From NCBI RefSeq assembly GCF_041956535.1, contig NW_027192205.1, forward strand, positions 310,085 to 374,084: DNA of 64,000 nucleotides, given 5' to 3'. Shown piece by piece: positions 38,919-51,277 of the stretch (the first letter of the stretch is position 1; each line of letters opens with the position of its first letter). A model generated the notes under the pieces. It ran no database searches. It was not told where the DNA came from and was given only the letters and a program-made list of their open reading frames with translations. Source of the DNA: Calcarisporiella thermophila CBS 279.70. Its lineage: Eukaryota > Fungi > Calcarisporiellomycota. The position numbers and the translations under genes are program-made.

Positions 38919-41900
38919 TCAACACTCTTCTTTAGATAATTGCAATACAAATTGCAGCAATTCATCGTCTAAATCATTCACATCTTGATTCGCACGCTGA
39001 ACCTGAACTTTAGAGTTGCTTGAGTTAATCGAAGAAGTCCCTCGATAGAGTGATACACTTCCTGATGGTCGAGAGCTAGATGATGTGGCGTGTAGACTTG
39101 GTGAAGATGTCAGAGAAGAGCCAAAGGTGTATTTAAATCCCGACTTGCGTCTTCCATCGTAAACGTAAACTGCCCTCTCATCATCATACTCATACCCATA
39201 CTCTTCTTCTTCATCTTGTTCTTCTTCCCTGCCAATATCTCGATTGTTGAAGGATGATGAGCGAAATGAAGAAACAGGAGAATTGCTCAAAGACGATGTA
39301 ATGGATGCGAATGGGCTTGCCTCTCTAAAACTGTTGAAGCTACTAGATGCGGCAGAATTCATATCTGAATCGGATGCAGCAAATATTGGAGAAGGCAATT
39401 GTGGTAGGCTCTCAACTGCATCCCGTTCATCTCTATTTCCCTCTTCCGCAAGCGACTGAATAACAGCTTCAACTAAATCCTGCTCCTCCTGCCGTTGTAA
39501 ATCAGAATAAGGGTTTTGAGCTTGCTCATCTCGAGATACCATCATAGCATACTCGAGAAGTTCATCCTCATTTAATTCTGGCAAAGGGTTAGACCGTGCA
39601 ATATTTTTTTGCCTCTCTTCCCTAGCCCGTCGCTCCTGCTCTAGCTCTCGCCTTGATTCACGAATTTCAACTGCTATATCTAAATTAACTGTTTTTTAAA
39701 GTAGAAAATTTCAAATGTAAATATGCAATTTTGAAGCACAACAATTGGCGATCATATTTACGTCGATGCTTCGAGGATATACCAACGTGACGAGATTTTC
39801 CGTTGGCTTGCTTGTGTCGACCTAATATATGAAATATTAAAATTAGTTGAAGGTTATGATACCATGTAATTTTTATTCTACCTTTTAAAGAACGAGCGCT
39901 GGAGAAATACCAAGCTTTTACTTGGCCTCCAATAACTATAACCCCGTGATCCAGTTCTCCATGAATGTGCCTCACTGAATGCTGACTAGTATCACTCAGT
40001 TCATTTACCGGAGCCCGCTCAGAATTTCTTTGGGATCTAATTTGTTACATATGTAAATGAAGCTAAATTACAAATGATTTAATATGAGTATCATATTTAT
40101 ACCTGGCATGCAGGGTTCTAATATGCTTCCCACTTAGTGGGTCCCATGCTTTGACCCAGCCATCTTCACTGTTTATACAAAGAACATCAGAAAGTTGCCC
40201 ATGAAATATAAGCATCGATAATTACCTTCCGGATATTATGCAGAAAGGATCAATATGAAGACTTGTTATAGTTGCGTGGTGGCCATCAATAATTCTATAT
40301 GAGAAATAGATTAGGAAAATATACTTCAACATTGAGTTGATTGGGCATCATACTTAAGTGGGCTAACTTTCTTGATTTTTCCTGCTTGATTTGAAAAATC
40401 CGAATCCCAAAAGCAAATAATACCAGTGATATCTCCACTCACAATAAGTCGAATAGTTGTAAATCCATTTAGAGTAACTCCGCTTTCTATTGTCGAAGGC
40501 CCCTGTACTGAAGAGGTCTGCCATCCCTCATACGATTTGTCCCATCTCATGCAGCTGATGTCTGCAGTATGCCCTCCAGAAAAAACTGATTTGCACTCGC
40601 CCGTTTTAATGCAATACCTGAGGAGTTCATTCGAACGTGAGTGTGTAATAATAATGGAAGCTGTTACACTGTCATATTCCAAGCTAAGAATGGGAAGAGT
40701 GGCAAGAATGCGACGAGCTGGCGCAAATGAAGGAATTGTAGCATTGGCTCCCTCCTCGTTGTCTATATCGCTAACTTCATACATTAATAGAGTAGTGATA
40801 TCCAAATCCCAAATCAGGACGGTGCCGGATGCTGACGTGGCAATAACATTCATTCTTGGGTGAAATGATAGAGATAGAACCCGAGAAGAAGAGCCTACGT
40901 GCGCCAATTTACAAACCAAAGATAATAATTTATGTAATAAACTCAATTAGTAAAAGAAAGACTAAGTCAAGGTGCTATGATCACCTGTTAAATGTGCAAG
41001 GCAGCGTCCGGTAGCAGTAGACCAAACTTTGACCAGTCCATCGGCTCCTCCGCTCAGAACAAGAGATGTAGTTGTGGTTGACCATGCTAGGCACGAGACA
41101 GCCCCCTCGTGTAGTCCATTAAAATATCTCACCCTGTGAGATAAAGATTTCGCACGCAGAGTTAAAGCCACGTGTCCGGTGGTTGAACCCCAGAGAATGC
41201 GAAAGCTGTTAGAAGGGAAAATGAATAATATCGATTATTATTAACAAAAATGAGGCTTAAGCTACTAACTGGTCAATTTTTATGGCAGATACATCTCCAA
41301 TTGGGCAAACAATAGGATACTTGTCAATCTTTCCTGTACTAGGGTCGCTGCGCACAACCATATCTATTCAATCATACCAGTGTTCAAGTATATGATCTGT
41401 ACAATTACTCTATCTAGTATACAAACTTCGTTCTAGGGATCCAGCCAACATCCACGAATCTTTAAAATTGCAATAAATCTCGTCTATTTTACCATTACGA
41501 AGGTCGTAAAGGAGAGTTCTACCCTTGCCCTGTTGCCACTTCCTTGAAATATACAGATTCCGTTTGATAAAAGTAAATATCCTTGAAAAAGTTCAAAATC
41601 TACCTTAATAAATGACTTCTGTATAAATATTCGGATCTCCAGCTCTCTGTTGAGAGCCTCCTATTAATAAACTCCATTATAATTACACGCGGTTCTACAC
41701 TGAAGAATAAATGCCACTGACCTATAAGGAGAGCACCCAAAGAATTTGAAGAAAGCATTGCGCCAACAAGAGTCATCGGTCACGACATGATGCCACAATC
41801 GACATACCTGAGCAGCCGTACTCTATATATGAGAAGAGAGTAAGAATACCAGCAAAATAGAATTGAAAAATATAAATTAAAAGTACTAGAGAGGCAGGTT

Positions 41901-42153
41901 CCAAATATGAAAGAATATGAGTAAGAAGCTCAATAGGTATGATATTAATATAGTTGACACCATCGTCGCTATCATATATCATTAATTATTGCTCAATTCA
42001 CCAAAACAGCACGAAATGTTACCTAACAATGCAAGAAGATTTCTTTTTTAAGCCCGATCTGCGTGGAGACTGTAAACCAGGACTAGAATGTGTAAGATCC
42101 CGGCTTCTACGTGATTTCCCCTTTCGCCGACCGGCAGTTCCTGGGCTGGACAT
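38919..42153 (-). CDS. F-box/WD40-repeat protein with C-terminal UIM-like motifs (Pof10-like)
   Basis: F-box IPIELLTHILSYLEP; WD repeats (LSGGADGLVKVWS, IVSGDITGIICFWD, ISGSEDGWVKAWD); UIM-like motifs EDELLEYAMMVSRDE, EQDLVEAVIQSLAE and DDELLQFVLQLSKEE. Confidence 0.85.
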
Positions 42154-42539
42154 TGTGTAAGTAGAAGAAGATATAAGATGTTAGTAAGGCTGAAATTTTG
42201 AATAGTCTACATTTAATCCAATCCAATAGCATTGCGTTTTGGAAATGCATGATTGTTCACAAGTCTCTGAGCATTTGAAATGTTAAAATAAAAATCTATA
42301 GTATGTATTCACAAATAAAAGGCAAAAAAGCTAGACACAGTAATAAGAGGGAAGGAGGAAGCGTAGAATTTAAATACTTACAAGGGAAACAAGAAAAAAG
42401 AAAGATTACAATCAATTGACAAAATCAATATGTCTAGAATATTTAGGTTATAATAGGAAAATAAAATACCTTATATAATAAATATGTATAATATGACATG
42501 TTAAGTCAAATATATCTACAATACCGTAAATAGGAAAGG

Positions 42540-43685
42540 TTACAGTGTGGTCCCCTCCGATGAGAAATCGTCAGAGATATCTACCGGTTGCATAAGAAGA
42601 TTGGTCATATCGAACCAGAAAGGGTGTAAAACCGGCATGGTATTGGATACCCAGGAAGCGGTTGCGTCACTATCCTTACATATAACAACTTCTTCTTCTT
42701 CGTCCTCATCGCCATCGTCATCCTCCAGTGAAGGAGGCGGGATCGTCTTAGAATCAGTTTCATAATTGCACATTGGCGCAATTGGAAGATAATAGTCAGA
42801 ATAACAATTAAGCATCTCAACTGCAGGTGAAGTCATAGTGGGAAAACAATCCTGGTTCAGACTTGGGAGCTGGCTTTTCATGCTATTTTCTACCAATTGA
42901 TCAATATCGCACGACGCTTCGACGGGAGAAGAGCCACTGAAACTTAATGTATCAGCAATACAATCCTGAAGGAGCGTCGAGGATTGTATATCGCTTGCCT
43001 TGCTCGTGTTTTTATTCGATTGATCTCTATTCTTGCGGGTATAGTGGCGTTTAGGTGCTTTTGGCAGTGCGCAGTATTTAAAATCAGGATTTTCAATCTA
43101 AATATTATTAATGGGTGTTAAAACTAATTAGTATTTAGAGATTTTCAATACGTTAATTACCTTGTGAAGAGTTCTAAGTTCAGTTGCACGTGCATTGTAA
43201 TTTCTACGGACTTCATTACTAGCCTTTTTCCACATGGACGCTATCTCTTTGGACACTTCTCTTTGATTCATACCAGGGTTAGCATCCAGAATAATATGCT
43301 TCATGTCTCGCCGATAAAGCATGAATGCACTGTAAATTTCGAGAGATAAAATAAGCAATCTCATAAGAACATCTGCTGGAGAATTTCTTTATGCTTACTT
43401 TAGTGGCCTTCGCACCCTGTTTTGGTCCTTTCTGGGTGCTTTTGAGGAAGCTGTCACTAGATTTGTATTTGAAGCTGCGGTGAAATCGTTAAATAGCTGA
43501 GGAAGGAACTGTTTAATGCAAGAGTCAAGCTCAACGTCGCAGTAGTTATTGGAATTCTCTTGTGCTTCGACTGTTCCCATCGTGGATTTCCAAGGCGAGC
43601 CAAAATATGAATTCTCACAGGGAAGACTCGGCAAGCCAAGTGGCCAATTGGTGAATTGAGGGTCATTCGTGTTGAAGATTGACAT
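42540..43685 (-). CDS. MATA/SOX-type HMG-box transcription factor (337 aa, 3 exons)
   Basis: Exons 43685-43399, 43329-43161 and 43097-42540 join in frame to give RVRRPLNAFMLYRRDMK...NPGMNQREVSKEIASMWK...YNARATELRTLHKIENPDFKY, then an acidic C-terminus. Confidence 0.9.
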
Positions 43686-44100
43686 TCGCAGATGAAAATG
43701 AAGCAATGGTGTAGAAGAAAAAGAGGAGCAGGGGAGGGGGGAAGAATAGATAAAGGTTGTAGAAGAAACAGTTGTGAACGAGGAGTAAATATATCAATTA
43801 GAAATAACGCTTTGAAAGAAAATGAGAAAAGCAGGGCATGTCAAAGATATATATATGTATATAGTCCGGTACATATTCGACTGCCAGCAAAATCTGTGAA
43901 ACACGTGTGAGGACAAAAAAACTTTGTTCCATGGTTTAGCATAATCGGCTCAAGTGCGCATTTTCAATGACGACATAAATCAGAAACTTTATGGAGGGTA
44001 CGAATAGAAGGAGAGGCTCTCTGCTCTTAGTATCTCCTGCTCCAGTATCTCTGCAAAGTGCTCATCCTTCTCTGCAATCACTTTGCCACATAACTGCTCT

Positions 44101-44147
44101 TGTCCAAGTATCCAAGAATCCAAGTGTCCAAGTGTCCAAGTGTCTAA
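44101..44147. repeat. 8-bp tandem repeat (TGTCCAAG-like x6) upstream of the HMG gene
   Basis: TGTCCAAG TATCCAAG AATCCAAG TGTCCAAG TGTCCAAG TGTCTAA. Confidence 0.85.
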
Positions 44148-44894
44148 TATTTAATATGGATCGTAAGCTCTATAAAGTATATCGCGAAGATGGCCACTGG
44201 ATTGGGAATATACCTTGATTATAGACATCATATCATTAATTATTCTTTATTTCCATGGAAAAGAGAAAAAAGAAGAACAGAAAAAAATAAGGTTCCCACA
44301 TGGTCGAACTCTCAATGTTGTCACGGTGCTGTTGTGGCTCGAGAAGTGCGCAAAATGCTTGGTGCATTCGGAAGAACTCTACCCCACAAATCCAAGCCTC
44401 AATTGCAACCCACACAAAAGTTGTAAATAAAAAAGCACTGACTCATAGGCAATTCCCGGAATGCCCTTCAAGCCCTAGCTGAGAGAATGCATATAAGAGC
44501 TTTATTAGTATTAAAAAGGACAAACCCAGTATGATAATGAATAGTGATGAAAGCAAGATGAATGCTGAGTTGACAGAACAAATGTAAAGATATAATGAAG
44601 ACGTGAAAATTCTTGAAAACAAATCAATCATTGAAGAATCTATCGAATCACAAAGAAAATATAAAAGATGATAATAAAACTCTCGTATTTATCTTCCAAT
44701 CAGCCCATCACCCCCCCCCCCTCTCCAACACCTATTAACATACCCATATCTTATCTCGTCTCATCTCTAAGCTCTTACACTTTTCCTATACTCTTCCATT
44801 AATTCAATGCATCTGAACCCTCGCTCAATTGCACACCCCTCTACTCTCAACCTCCTCCACTTCTCTCATCAAACCCCTCTTTACATTATCATTT

Positions 44895-45881
44895 TTATAT
44901 TCTCACCGTTGCTCCCGTGATCCTTTTGTGGAGCCCGTGTTTTGCTTTTTTCTTCTGACCGAACAATAGAATAATGGAAATTACAAGAGCAGAGGATAAG
45001 TCATTAAATAGCGATTCAGAAAAAAATGATATGGAATACTTACCAAAGATTCACCCTCATCATCCTCAGCATCGTTTTGGCTCACTTTCCCGTGCTTCTT
45101 TTCTTTTTTACTACTTCTATCTTCCTCATCCTCGTCCTCGTCTAGCTTCCTCATAGGAGTTCCAAGTGAAACGGGTGAATATCCGCTGGAAAGATCCTTC
45201 TCTTTCATTTCATGCACCAATTGGTCTAAAATACTATCCAGAAATTTTCGTTTCACTATGGGAAGGATGTGGCCAAACTGAGCATTATTTCCGTTCAGAT
45301 GCGAACGAGCATTCAATTTCGCCACCTTTGCTTGAGATATTAGGCTTCTCTTAGCTCCATGTACATGGGCCTTGTCGCTCAGCTTCGCAGTTTTCGTAGC
45401 CTTAGCTTTCAAATTCGTATTATTTTCTGTAATCACTTGTGGAACTGCCTTGGGAGCGGGTAGAGGTGCCGCAGCTTCTCGCTTTTTCAATTCTAGAAGA
45501 TCAGAAAGTAAGCCCTTTGATGTAGTTGACGCAGTGGGGGCTGCTGAAGATTGAGCTGGCGAGACAGATTCCTCAGAACTTTTTCTCAATGGCGCATTCC
45601 CTTCTGGAAGTGGTGCCCCAGTCGCTTGAGGGGTAGCTGTAGGTGTAGTAGCATTGCCGCCGGCGCTATTTTTAAAAGTTAGTTTTAACCGGCAAAACTA
45701 AATATTTTAATTATTTTACTCACAATCCAGCTAGCAATGGGCCAAGTATGGGCAATCCAGCTAAACTTTTGAGGTCTACCTTCCTCTCCAAGGGTCCATT
45801 GAGTTGTCCCTCAATTGGAGCTCCTTGAATTACAGGCACAATGCACAGGAGTAAAGAAGCAACAAGAGAAAGTGCCTTCAT
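44895..45881 (-). CDS. Secreted protein with multiple dibasic (Kex2-type) sites, unknown function (279 aa, 3 exons)
   Basis: Exons 45881-45724, 45665-45044 and 44954-44895 join in frame. Signal peptide MKALSLVASLLLCIVPVIQG-AP; KR sites at LKKR, GAKR, IVKR and LHKR. Confidence 0.78.
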
Positions 45882-46410
45882 TAGGACGATTAAACACCAA
45901 AATTATGGGTATAGTAGAAGGGATATGGGGTTTTAGCAATATCACTAAAGAGAATTCAAGGATACAAAATGCACACTCTCATCCAAGAATCAAATACGGG
46001 AGGAAATTATAGCAGGTATATATACAAAAACGCAAAATGGACTACCATTTACAGAATGGAAATTTTGAAAATGAAAGTTGAACCTAGGAACGCATCAACG
46101 TTCCGTAGCTGCACCGACATAGCATCCAACGATCATTCCATTGGAACGTAGCTCTGACAAATTTAAATAAAAAAACAAATCAGGATAATACCCTTTTCGT
46201 GGAACGATTTCGTCGATTTTATTTCTCTGTCGATCAAAAAATGGACGAACATATTTAATGTAAGATAGGCTTCTAAAAATGGCTTTATTATAAATTTTGA
46301 AATAAATGTCAAAATTTTGGATTTGATATACTAATTAATAAAAATTTTGTAAGTGACCGAAGTAAATGCTAATGACTAATTTAAGCAAATTGCAAATGAG
46401 AGAATATCGA

Positions 46411-47837
46411 TCATATCATTAAACGACGTTTTCCGATCACGCTTCTCAAGATGATTTCGCAGTTTCCTTTAAATGACGTACGCATCCCACTGCTAAGAGC
46501 ATTCAGGAGCGAAGACTCACGGTCATCATTACTTAGCTCCCAGGCGAACACTCCAGCTCCACGACAGGCAGCGTACGCCGCCTTGAGGCGCAAGGAATCA
46601 GGGTCATCGTAACTGATGAAAACTCCGTTTGCATCATTGTATAGATATGGAGTTGCACTACCTTGATCGAAATATCTTATCCAACCAGTGCCAGCTCGTG
46701 TGACTCCCCCTCCAATTTTCTTGTTAATTACTCCCTGCTCGAGTAAATTTCTCCAGCTCCAGTTCCCCGTATATTTCTTTTCTCCAGTGCAACTATCAGG
46801 AGTATCGAGAACATCAAGCTTATCACCCTTGATGATTGCATTTTTTGCGAGTGGGATATACGGAGTAGTACCGTCAGCACGTTTAGCAAGTTTCATGCTA
46901 TGTCCATAGAAAGCTGTGCCCATGACTATCTTCTCAATAGGGACTTTAGTGCTCCACTCATCTAATGATGTCTTGAACGAATCGATGGGTGCGTTTGGTC
47001 CGGAAGACGCTTCCCAATTACCATGAACATCATAGCTCTGCCAGAAAATGAAATATTATATGAAAATTTGTCAAATAAGCGTAAAGCCCTCTAATTACCA
47101 TAACGTTAAATTTATCAACATCTTGCCCAAGCTGCTTGAGTGAATTTCCATAAAGGCGCGGTGAGATCTGAACTGCCATTGTAATTAGTTTGTCTTTTCC
47201 TAAGGCGGCCCGAAGCTGTCGTACAAGCATTGCATAGTTCTCATTATCACGGGGACTTATATGATTCGCCGGGCAGCCTTCGTTACTTCCGGGAAACTCC
47301 CAGTCCAGATCTTAGTAGTTTAAATATCAGTAAATAGAATGATTAAATAATATCAGCCCTATTTACCGATGCCCGCTAACTTGTATCGCGTTACCCATTC
47401 CTTGACAGTGTTAATAAATTTTTGCCTGTTTGCTTCTTGTCCTACTGCGAGACTCATGGCATTCCCTCCGCCCCAGCCACCAATAGATACTAGAATAGGC
47501 ACGCCATGTGCATTTCCGGCAGCAGCAAGCTTCGCAAGTACCTTTGAATCTTCCGGTGAAAGAACTGGAACTGGATTTTTAACGTCATTAACAGTTGCAA
47601 ACGCTATAGTAAATAAACCTTATAAGACTCAAGGATTCATTTCATTTTTTTTTCCTGTTGTCACTTACCAAAGTTGACTCGTGATAACTTGTCCCATGGA
47701 ACTGCATTAACATCATATATATTTGTTTCCCAGGAAGTGAAATAACCAACAATATCAGCTTTTTCTGATACAACCAACTGAAATTGAGTACAAAGAATAA
47801 GAGCGGCTAGAGCGATATAGCTTATGGCACTCTTCAT
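46411..47837 (-). CDS. Secreted GH18 chitinase
   Basis: Signal peptide, IVGYFTSW, SIGGWGG, catalytic GIDLDWEFP, NVMSYDVHG, FISYDDPDS and GVFAWEL motifs; three introns. Confidence 0.95.
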
Positions 47838-49321
47838 AATTGATGAAAAAAAACAGATGAGTAATGTAAATAACAATGTATATAAATATTATACGAATGA
47901 TTAATTATAGTGGACGTGAGAGAAAGGCAGCAGTGTACTCCTTTTATTACCCTATAAACTCTTTCAGCGGCGATTTTTACACTGATTCGGACCGTTTACA
48001 AGGACTATAGGCGGGAAAAATTAAAAAAATCGCCTTATATGTCGCACATTTAATCGGTTGTATAGCGGATCGTCGTTTGCAATGATCGCCATTTCTTTTG
48101 AAATTATCTTTTTAATGTGATTATCCTAATATCCTTTGTCAAAAATAGTTAATCAACAAATTGGTTTTAATTTATAAATGTCTATTCCTTCTTTTCATGG
48201 TGAGCTTCAAAAAGTAGAATTTTATGCAGATTTCTTCATATTATAGATTATTTGGGAATTTAGAAAAGGAGATATTCAAAATATATAGAGAGTATGTGGG
48301 TGAGTTGGCGAGAGTGTGCGGTGCTCTTATCCTAAAAAGTTTAGTTATAGTAAAATGGAAACCTTTTATTCCTACTAAACAACCTAGATGCTTCACCGAT
48401 ATATACTAGTATCTTAATAATAATACGAAGAATACATGTTCTGCAACCCTCCCCTTAAACTTTTTACTTTCTGCGTTCAACTCAACTCCCACATTTAACT
48501 TGTGCTATTCATTATGAAAATATCACCGCTCTACTGAGGCCACTAATTCCCGATGCTCTACTGTTTCACCTCTTGCTTATAACTTATTTATCAGTTTTTC
48601 ATTTGTTTACATTAGACAATCCTATAGCCCCGATATGTGATAGATTTATTGCTTCTGGTCTATTTTACAAATTGATATATATGATTTACAGTAAGAACTG
48701 TGTTAAGAATATTTATTCCAGCTGTATGATGGATAAAGGTTGGAAATACTAATTGTGAATCGTGTGTATTCGAAAATCAATCTAGCTTTACTGAAAAAAT
48801 TAAGTTGTCATTCTAATCTATAATTTTGTTTTAGTACTCAAACTGAGATGAAGTCGATCTTAATTTGTTTTGATTGCTTGGAGATGACCAGGAGCTCACC
48901 AGCCATTTTCTCAGAGTCTCTTGAGAAAGTGCTCCTGGTATATTGAAGTATTCGACTCCCAAGAATTCTTGAAGTTAAGGTATTCAAGGACAATTTTTTA
49001 TTGTCCATTGCATTTTATTCGTTGGTTTATATAGCGACTTACCGGTATGTCTCCCTCAAAGTTGGTGTGCTTATCTATTAAGGATGCGTTGATGATAATA
49101 GTAATTTTTATTTTATCATTCCGTTAATTTTTTTTTCTAACACAGTTGATTCAAAAATTTAGGCTACATCATGAAATGTTTTTGCTTGATATTGTATAAT
49201 CGGCCAACCTGTAAAAATAGACTGCGGACTTAGTTCGACAAAAGTTGACCTTTTTATTAGTTAAAAATATACCAAACTACCAAACTAAGTCAACCTGTTC
49301 TGAAGATATATCTTCAGCAAT

Positions 49322-50226
49322 ATGTATGATCAGATTGTATTATTCGGCGATTCCATTACGCAAGTATGTTAATCGTCTTCCTTCACACCCTTTAATCTGC
49401 TCTTATCGTATATTCTCAGTATAGCTTTATGCTATCGGATCGAGGATGGGGAGCACAGCTCTCAGATGTATATTCTCGTAAACTTGACATATTAAATCGT
49501 GGTTATTCAGGCAAAATTTAAAAGACTTTTTAGACATTTATTTCTCTCCTAAATAATTCTCTGCTTTGCAGGTTACAATACGGATTGGGCCATACCTGCC
49601 CTCGAGCAAATGTTTCCTTCTGTCAAAAAGAAAGAAAATTGTGTCCGCCTAGTAACTATATTTTTTGGGGCCAACGACGCTGCTGTTCCACCTTCACATC
49701 AACATGTACCTCTCGAGCGCTATAAAGCCAATCTACGCCATATGGTTAATATTGTACTGCCGTATGCAAAAGTTATATTAGTGACACCTCCTCCCGTCGA
49801 AGAGATTTTATGGAAGAGGCGCTGTATTTCGAACAATAAGAAAGAGTGCGACAGATTTTACTCAATTACGCAGAAATATGCCCAGGAGTGTATTTTGGTT
49901 GCACGTGAACTTGGCGTACCTGCCGTGGATATATTCGACATTCTTAGCAAGCGTGCTAATAATCATGTTGATGGGCTTGGAGCATTTCTATGGGATGGTC
50001 TGCATTTGAGCAGCCTTGGAAACGATGTGTGTTATTGATGTTCTTGCATTTATATTTCTCGCTAATTTAATATTTTATTTAGGTTGTATACGAAGCTGTT
50101 TACAAATGTATTCGGCTACATTGTCCTGAACTATCACCAGAGAATCTCCCTCTTCAATTGCCACTTTGGACAGATATTGATGTAGAGCATCCAGAACTTT
50201 TGGTTAAATATAAAACAAGAAATTAG
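49322..50226 (+). CDS. IAH1: SGNH/GDSL esterase, isoamyl acetate-hydrolysing esterase family
   Basis: IVLFGDSITQ (block I), NRGYSGYNTDW (block II), FFGANDA (block III) and WDGLHLS (block V). Confidence 0.92.
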
Positions 50227-50337
50227 CTGGCGAAATGACTATAGTTGAATTAATTTTATTCCGATAATAACCATTATTGCGTAAGGAAGCTTAAGGAATA
50301 AATAAATTAATAAATAAATTCGTAAGTATGTTATATA

Positions 50338-51112
50338 TTACCAAAATTTTAAAAGCTGGAGCCATGAAACACCAGTCTGACCACGTCGCCATTCTTCTAT
50401 GCAATGATCGGGGTTGCGTGTGATTGCCATTCTTCCCCAGAAGGATGTTACAACATAATCTCGAGCAGGGTCGTAAATCACCAAAGTAGGTAACAACGAT
50501 ACAGAGAAGAGTTCCGTGAGTTCTGTTCGTACCGGCTCATCATATGGCACATTGTACCAAGGTTTATCGCGAACATAAGAACGATATTCGTTAGCACTAT
50601 GATCGAGAGAGACGTGAACCACTGAGAACTCCGATCGATTCTTTTCCAAGAAATCACAGAGTACCTAAAAACAAAATTAGGTAAATGTATATAGATAATT
50701 AATTTTTTTTAAAAAAATACCGGAGAAAATTGCTGACACGGCGGACACCAACTGGCGCCAAAATAGAATCCGATCATCTTATTCTCAGTTACCAATTCGT
50801 ACACAGGTACCTTATTGCCGTTCCCATCCTCAATTTTTAAACGAAACTGATGATAATCATAGTAAATAAAAATTTCTATAAATATAGAATTCTATAGCAG
50901 ATTTTTACCAAGATGGTGTTGCGGCCCGCATGCGGATTCAACTTCACGCGCTCGATGCGTGGGCCAGTAGCATCATCATAGGAAGGAGGTAAATCATCGG
51001 TTGTATTTGGTTCATCTCCCTGATGGTCCTCAGGGTGATCTTTTGAAGGGTCATCTTGCTTAGGAATATGGCACACGCCGTTTTTACAATCAGCTTCTTG
51101 TGCTTGAGACAT
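50338..51112 (-). CDS. Nucleoredoxin/tryparedoxin-like thioredoxin-fold protein
   Basis: IGFYFGASWCPPCQQFSPVL, VVHVSLD, PWYNVPY and LPTLVI motifs; two introns. Confidence 0.85.
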
Positions 51113-51277
51113 CGTTTAGGAAATTCGATAAATAAAAAAAAATAATGCGGGGATGAAAATAGAAAAAGAAGTGTGAGAATTCGAAGTCGGTTGAAAAATA
51201 ACACAGACTGCGCCTCGTATATTTTCGATGTGCACAAATAAGAATCTTTATTTTGCGAGGCGATAAGAAGCTAATTT

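Noticed and set aside
38919-47837. Canonical Mucorales sex locus (tptA-sexM/P-rnhA)
   Set aside because: The HMG gene is flanked by an F-box/WD40 gene and a secreted-protein gene; no triose-phosphate transporter or RNA helicase is in the window.
48884-48941. SECIS element (ATGA at the base of the hairpin; some early-diverging fungi use selenocysteine)
   Set aside because: The 3' arm lacks the GA needed for the tandem G-A quartet, there is no apical AA, and no nearby gene has an in-frame TGA.
50725-50760. Selenocysteine in the thioredoxin-fold active site
   Set aside because: Both active-site codons are TGT (Cys): WCPPC.
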